Shown here: positions 47,501 through 59,040 of the stretch, one piece after another
Position numbering within the stretch: the stretch's first letter is position 1
Layout: each line of letters begins with the position of its first letter
DNA from: Eledone cirrhosa
Taxonomy: Eukaryota
Reading direction: 5' to 3'
Length of the DNA stretch: 64,000 bases
Assembly: GCA_964016885.1 (NCBI GenBank)
Contig: OZ024744.1
Coordinates: forward strand, 129,642,001 to 129,706,000
Translations under genes and position numbers: made by a program
The notes under the pieces: generated by a model
Seen by the model: the letters and a program-made list of their open reading frames with translations, nothing else
What the model was told of the DNA's origin: nothing
The model's database searches: none

Positions 47501-50500
47501 GGGTTAAGTTAAGTTAGGGTTAAGTTAAGTTGGGGTTGAGTTAAGTTGGGGGTAAGTTAAGTGGTGGTTATGTTAAGTTGGGGTTAAGTTAAGTTGGGGT
47601 TAATTTAAATTGGGGTTAATTTAACTTTGTTGTTAAGTTAAGTTGGGGTTAATTTAAGTTGGGGTTAAGTTAAGTTGGGGTTGAGTTAAGTTGGGGTTGA
47701 GTGAAGTTGGGGTTAAGTTAAGTTGGGGTTAAATTAAGTTGGGGTTAAGTTAAGTTGGGGTTAAGTTAAGTTGGTGTTAAGTTAAGTTGGGGCTGAGTTA
47801 AGTTGGGGCTAAGTTAAGTTGGGTCTAAGTTAAGTTGGGGTTAAGTTAAGTTGGGGTTAAGTTAAGTTGGTGTTAAATTAAGTTGGGGTTAAGTTAAGTT
47901 GGTGTTAAGTTAAGTTGGGGTTAAGTTAAGTTGGGGTTAATTAAGTTGGGGTTAAGTTAAGTTGGGGTTAAGTTAATTGGGGTTAAATTAAGTTAGGGTT
48001 GAGTTAAGTTGGGGTTAAGTTAAGTTGGGGTTATATTAAGTTGGGGTTAAGTTAAGTTGGGGTTAAGTAAAGTTGGGGTTCAGTTAAGTTGCGGTTAAGT
48101 TAAGTTGGGGTTAAGTTAAGTTAGGCTTAACTTAAGTTGGGGTTAAGTTAAGTTGGGGGTGAGTTAAGTTGGGGGTAAGTTAAGTTGGGGTTAAGTTAAG
48201 TTGGGGTTAAGTTGGGGTTAAGTTAATTTAGGGTTAAGTTAAGTTGGGGTTGAGTTAAGTTGGGGTTAAGTTAAGTGGTGGTTATGTTAAGTTGGGGTTA
48301 AGTTAAGTTGGGGTTAATTTAAATTGGGGTTAATTTAACTTTGTGGTTAAGTTAAGTTGGGGTTAATTTAAGTTGGGGTTAAGTTAAGTTGGGGTTAATT
48401 TAATTTGTGGTTAAGTTAAGTTGGGGTTAAGTTAAGTTGGGGTTGAGTTAAGCTGGGGTTAAGTTAAGTTGGGGTTAAAATAAGTTGGGGTTAAGTTAAG
48501 TTGGGGTTGAGTTAAGTTGGGGTTGAGTTAATTCGGGGTTAAGTTAAGTTGGGGTTAACTTAAGTTGGGTTTAATTTAAGTTGGGGTTAAGTTAAGTTGG
48601 GGTTATAATTAAGTTGGGGTTAAGTTAAGTTGGGGGTAAGATAAGTTGGGGTTAGTTAAGTTGCGGTTAAGTTAAGTTGGGGTTAAGTTAAGTTGGGGTT
48701 AAGTTAAGTTGGGGTTAAGTTAAGTTGGGGTTAATTTAAGTTGAGGTTAATTTAAGTTGGGGTAAAGTTAAGTTGGGGGTAAGTTAAGTTGGGGTTAAGT
48801 TAAGTTGGGGTTAAGTTGGGGTTAAGTTAAGTTAGGGTTAACTTAAGTTGGGGTTGTGTTAAGTGGTGGTTATGTTAAGTGGTGGTTATGTTAAGTTGGG
48901 GTTAAGTTAAGTTGGGGTTAAGTTAAATTGGGGTTAAGTTAAGTTGCGGTTAAGTTAAGTTGGGGTTAAGTTAAGTTGGGGTTAAGTTAATTAGGTTTAA
49001 GTTAAGTTGGGGTTAAGTTAAGTTGGGGTTAAGTTAAGTTGGGGTTAAGTTAATTTGTGGTTAAGTTAAGTTGGGGTTAAGTTAAGTTGGGGTTAAGTTA
49101 AGTTGGGGATAAGTTAAGTTGAGGATAAGTTAAGTTGGGGTTAATTAAGTTGGCTTTAAGTTAAGTTGGGGTTAAGTTAAGTTGGGGTTAAGTTAAGTTG
49201 GGGTTAAGTTAAGTTGGTTAGTTAAGTTGAGTTTAAGTTAAGTTGGGGTTAATTTAAGTTGGGTTTAAGTTAAGTTGGGGTTAAGTTAAGTTGGGGTTAA
49301 GTTAAGTTGGGGTTCAGTTAAGTTGGGGTTAAGTTAAGTTGGGGTTAAGTTGGGGTAAACTTAAGTTGGGGTTAAGTTAAGTTGCGGGTAAGTTAAGTTG
49401 AGGTTAAGTTAAGTTGGGGTTAAGTTAAGTTGGGGTTAAGTTAAGTTGGGGCTAAGATAAGTTGGAGCTAAGTTAAGTTGGGGCTAAGTTAAGTTGGGGT
49501 TAAGTTAAGTTGGGGTTAAGTTAAGGTGGGGTTAAGTTAAGTTGGGGTCAACTTAAGTTGGGGTTAATTTAAGTTGGGGTTAACTTAAGTTGGGGTTAAG
49601 TTAAGTTGGGGTTAAGTTAAGTTGGGGTTAAGTTAAGTTGGGGTTACGTTAAGTTGGGGGTAAGTTAAGTTGGTGGTAAGTTAAGTTGGGGGTAAGTTAA
49701 GATGGGGTTAAGTTAAGTTGGGGTTAATTTAATTTGGGGTTAAGTTAAGTTAGGGTTAAGTTAAGTTGGGGTTGAGTTAAGTTGGGGTTAAGTTAAGTTG
49801 GGGTTATGTTAAGTTGGGGTTAAGTTAAGTTGGGGTTAAGTTAAGTTGGGGTTCAATTAAGTTGCGGTTAATTTAAGTTGGGGTTAAGTTAAGTTGGGGT
49901 TAAGTTAAGTTGGGGTTAAGTTAAGTTGGGGTTAAATTAAGTTGGGGTTAAATTAAGTTGGGGTTAAGTTAAGTTGGGGTTATGTTAAGTTGGTGTTAAG
50001 TTAAGTTGGGGTTAAGTTAAGTTGTGGTTAAGTTAGGTTGGTGTTAATTTAAGTTGGGGGTAAGTTAAGTTGGGGGTAAGTTAAGTTGGTGTTAAGTTAA
50101 GTTGGGGTTAAGTTAAGTTGGGGTTAAGTTAAGTTGGGGTTAAGTTAGGGTCGAGTTAAGTTGGGGTTAAGTTAAGTGGGGGTTATATTAAGTTGGGGTC
50201 AAGTTAAGTTGGGGTTAAGTTAAGTTGGGGTTCATTTAAGTTGCGGTTAAGTTAAGTTGGTGTTAAGTTAAGTTGGGGTTAAGTTAAGTTGGGGTTAAAT
50301 TAAGTTGGGGTTAAGTTAAGTTGGGGTTAAGTTAAGTTGGGGTTAAGTTAAGTTGCGGTTAAGTTAAGTTGGGGTTAAGTTAAGTTGGGGTTAAATTAAG
50401 TTGGGGTTAAGTTAAGTTGGGGTTAAGTTAAGTTGGGATAAAGTTAAGTTGGTGTTAAGTTAAGTTGAGGTTAAGTTTACTTGGGGTTAAGTTAAGTTGC

Positions 50501-50850
50501 GGTTAAGTTAAGTTGGGGTTGAGTTAAGTTGGTGTTGAGTTAAGTTGGGGTTAATTTAAGTTGGGGTTAATTTAAGTTGGGGTTAAGCTAAGTTGGGGTT
50601 AAGTTAAATCGAGGTTAAGTTAAGTTGGGCTTAAGTTAAGTTGGGGTTAATTTAAGTTGGGGTTAAGTTAAGTTGGGTTTAAATTAAGTTGGGGTTAAGT
50701 TAAGTTGGGGTTAAGTTAAGTTGGGGTTACATTAAGGTGGGGTTAAGTTAAGTTGGGGTTAAGTTAAGTTGGGCGTTAAGTTAATTTGGGGTTAAGTTAA
50801 GTTAGGGTTAAGTTAAGTTGGGGTTGAGTTAAGTTGGGGGTAAGTTAAGT
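44520..50850 (+). repeat. ~3.25 kb tandem duplication
   Basis: AATTCGGGG 45274/48530, AGGGTCGAG 46891/50147 and AATCGAGG 47351/50607, all at offset 3256. Confidence 0.9.
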
Positions 50851-53460
50851 TGGGGTTAAGTTAAGTTGGGGTTAAGTTAAGTTGGGGTTAAGTTAAGTTA
50901 GGCTTAACTTAAGTTGGGGTTAAGTTAAGTTGGGGGTGAGTTAAGTTGGGGGTAAGTTAAGTTGGGGTTAAGTTAAGTTGGGGGTAAGTTAATTTGGGGT
51001 TGAGTTAAGTTGGGGTTAAGTTAAGTGGTGGCTATGTTAAGTTGGGGTTAAGTTAAGTTGGGGTTAATTTAAATTGGGGTTAATTTAACTTTGTTGTTAA
51101 GTTAAGTTGGGGTTAATTTAAGTTGGGGTTAAGTTAAGTTGGGGTTGAGTTAAGTTAGGGTTGAGTGAAGTTGGGGTTAAGTTAAGTTGGGGTTAAATTA
51201 AGTTGGGGTTAAGTTAAGTTGGGGTTAATTTAAGTTGGGGTTAAGTTAAGTTGGGGTTAAGTTAATTTGTGGTTAAGTTAAGTTGGGGTTAAGTTAAGTT
51301 GGGGTTAAATTCAGTCGGGGTTAAGTTAAGTCGGGGTTAAGTTACGTTGGGGTTAAGTTAAGTTGGGGTTAAGTTAAGTTGGGGTTGAGTTAAGTTGGGG
51401 TTAAGTTAAGTTGGGGTTAAAATAAGTTGGGGTTAAGTTAAGTTGGGGTTGAGTTAAGTTGGGGTTGAGTGAAGTTGGGGTTAAGTTACGTTGGGGTTAA
51501 ATTAAGTTGGGGTTAAGTTAAGTTGGGGGTAAGATAAGTTGGGGTTAGTTAAGTTGCGGTTAAGTTAAGTTGGGGTTAAGTTAAGTTGGGGTTAAGTTAA
51601 GTTGGGGTTAAGTTAAGTTGGGGTTAATTTAAGTTGGGGTTAAGTTAAGTTGGGGTTAATTTAAGTTGGGGTTAATTTAAGTTGGGGTAAAGTTAAGTTG
51701 GGGGTAAGTTAAGTTGGGGTTAAGTTAAGTTGGGGTTAAGTTGGGGTTAAGTTAAGTTAGGGTTAACTTAAGTTGGGGTTGTGTTAAGTGGTGGTTATGT
51801 TAAGTGGTGGTTATGTTAAGTTGGGGTTAAGTTAAATTGGGGTTAAGTTAAGTTGCGGTTAAGTTAAGTTGGGGTTAAGTTAAGTTGGGGTTAAGTTAAT
51901 TAGGGTTAAGTTAAGTTGGGGTTAAGTTAAGTTGGGGTTAAGTTAATTTGTTGTTAAGTTAAGTTGGGGTTAAGTTAAGTTGGGGTTAAGTTAAGTTGGG
52001 GATAAGTTAAGTTGGGGATAAGTTAAGTTGGGGTTAATTAAGTTGGGTTTATTTAAGTTGGGGTTAAGTTAAGTTGGGGTTAAGTTAAGTTGGGGTTAAG
52101 TTAAGTTGGTTAGTTAAGTTGAGTTTAAGTTAAGTTGGGGTTAATTTAAGTTGGGGTTAAGTTAAGTTGGGGTTAAGTTAAGTTGGGGTTAAGTTAAGTT
52201 GGGGTTAAGTTAAGTTGGGGTTCAGTTAAGTTGGGGTTAAGTTAAGTTGGGGTTAAGTTGGGGTAAAATTAAGTTGGGGTTAAGTTAAGTTGGGGTTAAG
52301 TTAAGTTGGGGTTAAGTTAAGTTGCGGTTAAGTTAAGTTGAGGTTAAGTTAAGTTGGAGTTAAGTTAAGTTGGGGTTAAGTTAAGTTGGGGCTAAGTTAA
52401 GTTGGGGCTAAGTTAAGTTGGGGCTAAGTTAAGTTGGGGTTAAGTTAACTTTGGGTTAAGTTAAGTTGGGTTTGAGTTAAGTTGGGGTTAATTAAGTTGG
52501 GGTTAAGTTAAGTTGGGGTTAAGTTAAGTTGGGGGTAAGTTAAGTTGGGGTTAAGTTAAGTTGGGGTTAAGTTAAGTTGGGGTTAAGTTAAGTTAGGCTT
52601 AACTTAAGTTGGGGTTAAGTTAAGTTGGGGGTGAGTTAAGTTGGGGGTAAGTTAAGTTGGGGTTAAGTTAAGTTGGGGGTAAGTTAATTTGGGGTTGAGT
52701 TAAGTTGGGGTTAAGTTAAGTGGTGGTTATGTTAAGTTGGGGTTAAGTTAAGTTGGGGTTAATTTAAATTGGGGTTAATTTAACTTTGTTGTTAAGTTAA
52801 GTTGGGGTTAATTTAAGTTGGGGTTAAGTTAAGTTGGGGTTGAGTTAAGTTGGGGTTGAGTGAAGTTGGGGTTAAGTTAAGTTGGGGTTAAATTAAGTTG
52901 GGGTTAAGTTAAGTTGGGGTTAATTTAAGTTGGGGTTAAGTTAAGTTGGGGTTAAGTTAATTTGTGGTTAAGTTAAGTTGGGGTTAAGTTAAGTTGGGGT
53001 TAAATTCAGTCGGGGTTAAGTTAAGTCGGGGTTAAGTTACGTTGGGGTTAAGTTAAGTTGGGGTTAAGTTAAGTTGGGGTTGAGTTAAGTTGGGGTTAAG
53101 TTAAGTTGGGGTTAAAATAAGTTGGGGTTAAGTTAAGTTGGGGTTGAGTTAAGTTGGGGTTGAGTGAAGTTGGGGTTAAGTTACGTTGGGGTTAAATTAA
53201 GTTGGGGTTAAGTTAAGTTGGGGGTAAGTTAAGTTGGGGTTAGTTAAGTTGCGGTTAAGTTAAGTTGGGGTTAAGTTAAGTTGGGGTTAAGTTAAGTTGG
53301 GGTTAAGTTAAGTTGGAGTTAATTTAAGTTGGGGTTAAGTTAAGTTGGGGTTAAGTTAAGTTGGGGTAAAGTTAAGTTGGGGGTAAGTTAAGTTGGGGTT
53401 AAGTTAAGTTGGGGTTAAGTTGGGGTTAAGTTAAGTTAGGGTTAACTTAAGTTGGGGTTG
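50835..53460 (+). repeat. ~1.7 kb partial tandem duplication (mirrored at ~61.6-64.0 kb)
   Basis: AACTTTGTTG 51087/52782 (offset 1695) and 61835/63562 (offset 1727), with the same flanking variants (TTAGGCTTAAC, GAGTGAAG, AAATTCAGTC). Confidence 0.8.
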
Positions 53461-53839
53461 TGTTAAGTTGCGGTTAAGTTAAGTTGGGGTTAAGTTAAGT
53501 TGGGGTTAAATTAAGTTGGGGTTAAGTTAAGTTGGGGTTAAGTTAAGTTGGGATAAAGTTAAGTTGGTGTTAAGTTAAGTTGAGGTTAAGTTTACTTGGG
53601 GTTAAGTTAAGTTGCGGTTAAGTTAAGTTGGGGTTGAGTTAAGTTGGTGTTGAGTTAAGTTGGGGTTAATTTAAGTTGGGGTTAATTTAAGTTGGGGTTA
53701 AGCTAAGTTGGGGTTAAGTTAAATCGAGGTTAAGTTAAGTTGGGCTTAAGTTAAGTTGGGGTTAATTTAAGTTGGGGTTAAGTTAAGTTGGGTTTAAGTT
53801 AAGTTGGGGTTAAGTTAAGTTGGGGTTAAGTTAAGTTGG

Positions 53840-56800
53840 GGTTACATTAAGGTGGGGTTAAGTTAAGTTGGGGTTAAGTTAAGTTGGGCGTTAAGTTAAT
53901 TTGGGGTTAAGTTAAGTTAGGGTTAAGTTAAGTTGGGGTTGAGTTAAGTTGGGGGTAAGTTAAGTTGGGGTTAAGTTAAGTTGGGGTTAAGTTAAGTTGG
54001 GGTTAAGTTAAGTTAGGCTTAACTTAAGTTGGGGTTAAGTTAAGTTGGGGGTGAGTTAAGTTGGGGGTAAGTTAAGTTGGGGTTAAGTTAAGTTGGGGGT
54101 AAGTTAATTTGGGGTTGAGTTAAGTTGGGGTTAAGTTAAGTGGTGGTTATGTTAAGTTGGGGTTAAGTTAAGTTGGGGTTAATTTAAATTGGGGTTAATT
54201 TAACTTTGTTGTTAAGTTAAGTTGGGGTTAATTTAAGTTGGGGTTAAGTTAAGTTGGGGTTGAGTTAAGTTAGGGTTGAGTGAAGTTGGGGTTAAGTTAA
54301 GTTGGGGTTAAATTAAGTTGGGGTTAAGTTAAGTTGGGGTTAATTTAAGTTGGGGTTAAGTTAAGTTGGGGTTAAGTTAATTTGTGGTTAAGTTAAGTTG
54401 GGGTTAAGTTAAGTTGGGGTTAAATTCAGTCGGGGTTAAGTTAAGTCGGGGTTAAGTTACGTTGGGGTTAAGTTAAGTTGGGGTTAAGTTAAGTTGGGGT
54501 TGAGTTAAGTTGGGGTTAAGTTAAGTTGGGGTTAAAATAAGTTGGGGTTAAGTTAAGTTGGGGTTGAGTTAAGTTGGGGTTGAGTGAAGTTGGGGTTAAG
54601 TTACGTTGGGGTTAAATTAAGTTGGGGTTAAGTTAAGTTGGGGGTAAGATAAGTTGGGGTTAGTTAAGTTGCGGTTAAGTTAAGTTGGGGTTAAGTTAAG
54701 TTGGGGTTAAGTTAAGTTGGGGTTAAGTTAAGTTGGGGTTAATTTAAGTTGGGGTTAAGTTAAGTTGGGGTTAATTTAAGTTGGGGTTAATTTAAGTTGG
54801 GGTTAAGTTAAGTTGGGGTTAAGTTAAGTTGGGGTAAAGTTAAGTTGGGGGTAAGTTAAGTTGGGGTTAAGTTAAGTTGGGGTTAAGTTGGGGTTAAGTT
54901 AAGTTAGGGTTAACTTAAGTTGGGGTTGTGTTAAGTGGTGGTTATGTTAAGTGGTGGTTATGTTAAGTTGGGGTTAAGTTAAATTGGGGTTAAGTTAAGT
55001 TGCGGTTAAGTTAAGTTGGGGTTAAGTTAAGTTGGGGTTAAGTTAATTAGGGTTAAGTTAAGTTGGGGTTAAGTTAAGTTGGGGTTAAGTTAATTTGTTG
55101 TTAAGTTAAGTTGGGGTTAAGTTAAGTTGGGGTTAAGTTAAGTTGGGGATAAGTTAAGTTGTGGATAAGTTAAGTTGGGGTTAATTAAGTTGGGTTTATT
55201 TAAGTTGGGGTTAAGTTAAGTTGGGGTTAAGTTAAGTTGGGGTTAAGTTAAGTTGGTTAGTTAAGTTGAGTTTAAGTTAAGTTGGGGTTAATTTAAGTTG
55301 GGGTTAAGTTAAGTTGGGGTTAAGTTAAGTTGGGGTTAAGTTAAGTTGGGGTTCAGTTAAGTTGGGGTTAAGTTAAGTTGGGGTTAAGTTGGGGTAAAAT
55401 TAAGTTGGGGTTAAGTTAAGTTGGGGTTAAGTTAAGTTGGGGTTAAGTTAAGTTGCGGTTAAGTTAAGTTGAGGTTAAGTTAAGTTGGAGTTAAGTTAAG
55501 TTGGGGTTAAGTTAAGTTGGGGCTAAGTTAAGTTGGGGCTAAGTTAAGTTGGGGCTAAGTTAAGTTGGGGTTAAGTTAACTTTGGGTTAAGTTAAGTTGG
55601 GTTTGAGTTAAGTTGGGGTTAATTAAGTTGGGGTTAAGTTAAGTTGGGGTTAAGTTAAGTTGGGGGTAAGTTAAGTTGGGGTTAAGTTAAGTTGGGGTTG
55701 AGTTAAGTTGGGGTTAAGTTAAGTGGTGGTTATGTTAAGTTGGGGTTAAGTTAAGTTGGGGTTAATTTAAATTGGGGTTAATTTAACTTTGTTGTTAAGT
55801 TAAGTTGGGGTTAATTTAAGTTGGGGTTAAGTTAAGTTGGGGTTGAGTTGAGTTGGGGTTGAGTGAAGTTGGGGTTAAGTTAAGTTGGGGTTAAATTAAG
55901 TTGGGGTTAAGTTAAGTTGGGGTTAAGTTAAGTTGGTGTTAAGTTAAGTTGGGGCTGAGTTAAGTTGGGGCTAAGTTAAGTTGGGTCTAAGTTAAGTTGG
56001 GGTTAAGTTAAGTTGGGGTTAAGTTAAGTTGGTGTTAAGTTAAGTTGGTGTTAAGTTAAGTTGGGGTTAAGTTAAGTTGGGGTTAATTAAGTTGGGGTTA
56101 AGTTAAGTTGGGGTTAAGTTAATTGGGGTTAAATTAAGTTAGGGTTGAGTTAAGTTGGGGTTAAGTTAAGTTGGGGTTATATTAAGTTGGGGTTAATTTA
56201 AGTTGGGGTTAAGTAAAGTTGGGGTTCAGTTAAGTTGCGGTTAAGTTAAGTTGGGGTTAAGTTAAGTTAGGCTTAACTTAAGTTGGGGTTAAGTTAAGTT
56301 GGGGGTGAGTTAAGTTGGGGGTAAGTTAAGTTGGGGTTAAGTTAAGTTGGGGTTAAGTTGGGGTTAAGTTAATTTAGGGTTAAGTTAAGTTGGGGTTGAG
56401 TTAAGTTGGGGTTAAGTTAAGTGGTGGTTATGTTAAGTTGGGGTTACATTAAGGTGGGGTTAAGTTAAGTTGGGGTTAAGTTAAGTTGGGCGTTAAGTTA
56501 ATTTGGGGTTAAGTTAAGTTAGGGTTAAGTTAAGTTGGGGTTGAGTTAAGTTGGGGGTAAGTTAAGTTGGGGTTAAGTTAAGTTGGGGTTAAGTTAAGTT
56601 GGGGTTAAGTTAAGTTAGGCTTAACTTAAGTTGGGGTTAAGTTAAGTTGGGGGTGAGTTAAGTTGGGGGTAAGTTAAGTTGGGGTTAAGTTAAGTTGGGG
56701 GTAAGTTAATTTGGGGTTGAGTTAAGTTGGGGTTAAGTTAAGTGGTGGTTATGTTAAGTTGGGGTTAAGTTAAGTTGGGGTTAATTTAAATTGGGGTTAA

Positions 56801-59040
56801 TTTAACTTTGTTGTTAAGTTAAGTTGGGGTTAATTTAAGTTGGGGTTAAGTTAAGTTGGGGTTGAGTTAAGTTAGGGTTGAGTGAAGTTGGGGTTAAGTT
56901 AAGTTGGGGTTAAATTAAGTTGGGGTTAAGTTAAGTTGGGGTTAATTTAAGTTGGGGTTAAGTTAAGTTGGGGTTAAGTTAATTTGTGGTTAAGTTAAGT
57001 TGGGGTTAAGTTAAGTTGGGGTTAAATTCAGTCGGGGTTAAGTTAAGTCGGGGTTAAGTTACGTTGGGGTTAAGTTAAGTTGGGGTTAAGTTAAGTTGGG
57101 GTTGAGTTAAGTTGGGGTTAAGTTAAGTTGGGGTTAAAATAAGTTGGGGTTAAGTTAAGTTGGGGTTGAGTTAAGTTGGGGTTGAGTGAAGTTGGGGTTA
57201 AGTTACGTTGGGGTTAAATTAAGTTGGGGTTAAGTTAAGTTGGGGGTAAGATAAGTTGGGGTTAGTTAAGTTGCGGTTAAGTTAAGTTGGGGTTAAGTTA
57301 AGTTGGGGTTAAGTTAAGTTGGGGTTAAGTTAAGTTGGGGTTAATTTAAGTTGGGGTTAAGTTAAGTTGGGGTTAATTTAAGTTGGGGTTAATTTAAGTT
57401 GGGGTTAAGTTAAGTTGGGGTTAAGTTAAGTTGGGGTAAAGTTAAGTTGGGGGTAAGTTAAGTTGGGGTTAAGTTAAGTTGGGGTTAAGTTGGGGTTAAG
57501 TTAAGTTAGGGTTAACTTAAGTTGGGGTTGTGTTAAGTGGTGGTTATGTTAAGTGGTGGTTATGTTAAGTTGGGGTTAAGTTAAATTGGGGTTAAGTTAA
57601 GTTGCGGTTAAGTTAAGTTGGGGTTAAGTTAAGTTGGGGTTAAGTTAATTAGGGTTAAGTTAAGTTGGGGTTAAGTTAAGTTGGGGTTAAGTTAATTTGT
57701 TGTTAAGTTAAGTTGGGGTTAAGTTAAGTTGGGGTTAAGTTAAGTTGGGGATAAGTTAAGTTGGGGATAAGTTAAGTTGGGGTTAATTAAGTTGGGTTTA
57801 TTTAAGTTGGGGTTAAGTTAAGTTGGGGTTAAGTTAAGTTGGGGTTAAGTTAAGTTGGTTAGTTAAGTTGAGTTTAAGTTAAGTTGGGGTTAATTTAAGT
57901 TGGGGTTAAGTTAAGTTGGGGTTAAGTTAAGTTGGGGTTAAGTTAAGTTGGGGTTCAGTTAAGTTGGGGTTAAGTTAAGTTGGGGTTAAGTTGGGGTAAA
58001 ATTAAGTTGGGGTTAAGTTAAGTTGGGGTTAAGTTAAGTTGGGGTTAAGTTAAGTTGCGGTTAAGTTAAGTTGAGGTTAAGTTAAGTTGGAGTTAAGTTA
58101 AGTTGGGGTTAAGTTAAGTTGGGGCTAAGTTAAGTTGGGGCTAAGTTAAGTTGGGGCTAAGTTAAGTTGGGGTTAAGTTAACTTTGGGTTAAGTTAAGTT
58201 GGGTTTGAGTTAAGTTGGGGTTAATTAAGTTGGGGTTAAGTTAAGTTGGGGTTAAGTTAAGTTGGGGGTAAGTTAAGTTGGGGTTAAGTTAAGTTGGGGT
58301 TGAGTTAAGTTGGGGTTAAGTTAAGTGGTGGTTATGTTAAGTTGGGGTTAAGTTAAGTTGGGGTTAATTTAAATTGGGGTTAATTTAACTTTGTTGTTAA
58401 GTTAAGTTGGGGTTAATTTAAGTTGGGGTTAAGTTAAGTTGGGGTTGAGTTGAGTTGGGGTTGAGTGAAGTTGGGGTTAAGTTAAGTTGGGGTTAAATTA
58501 AGTTGGGGTTAAGTTAAGTTGGGGTTAAGTTAAGTTGGTGTTAAGTTAAGTTGGGGCTGAGTTAAGTTGGGGCTAAGTTAAGTTGGGTCTAAGTTAAGTT
58601 GGGGTTAAGTTAAGTTGGGGTTAAGTTAAGTTGGTGTTAAGTTAAGTTGGTGTTAAGTTAAGTTGGGGTTAAGTTAAGTTGGGGTTAATTAAGTTGGGGT
58701 TAAGTTAAGTTGGGGTTAAGTTAATTGGGGTTAAATTAAGTTAGGGTTGAGTTAAGTTGGGGTTAAGTTAAGTTGGGGTTATATTAAGTTGGGGTTAATT
58801 TAAGTTGGGGTTAAGTAAAGTTGGGGTTCAGTTAAGTTGCGGTTAAGTTAAGTTGGGGTTAAGTTAAGTTAGGCTTAACTTAAGTTGGGGTTAAGTTAAG
58901 TTGGGGGTGAGTTAAGTTGGGGGTAAGTTAAGTTGGGGTTAAGTTAAGTTGGGGTTAAGTTGGGGTTAAGTTAATTTAGGGTTAAGTTAAGTTGGGGTTG
59001 AGTTAAGTTGGGGTTAAGTTAAGTGGTGGTTATGTTAAGT
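53840..59040 (+). repeat. 2602-bp tandem duplication
   Basis: GGGCG 53886/56488, TTTATTT 55195/57797 and GAGTTGAG 55845/58447, all at offset 2602. Confidence 0.9.
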
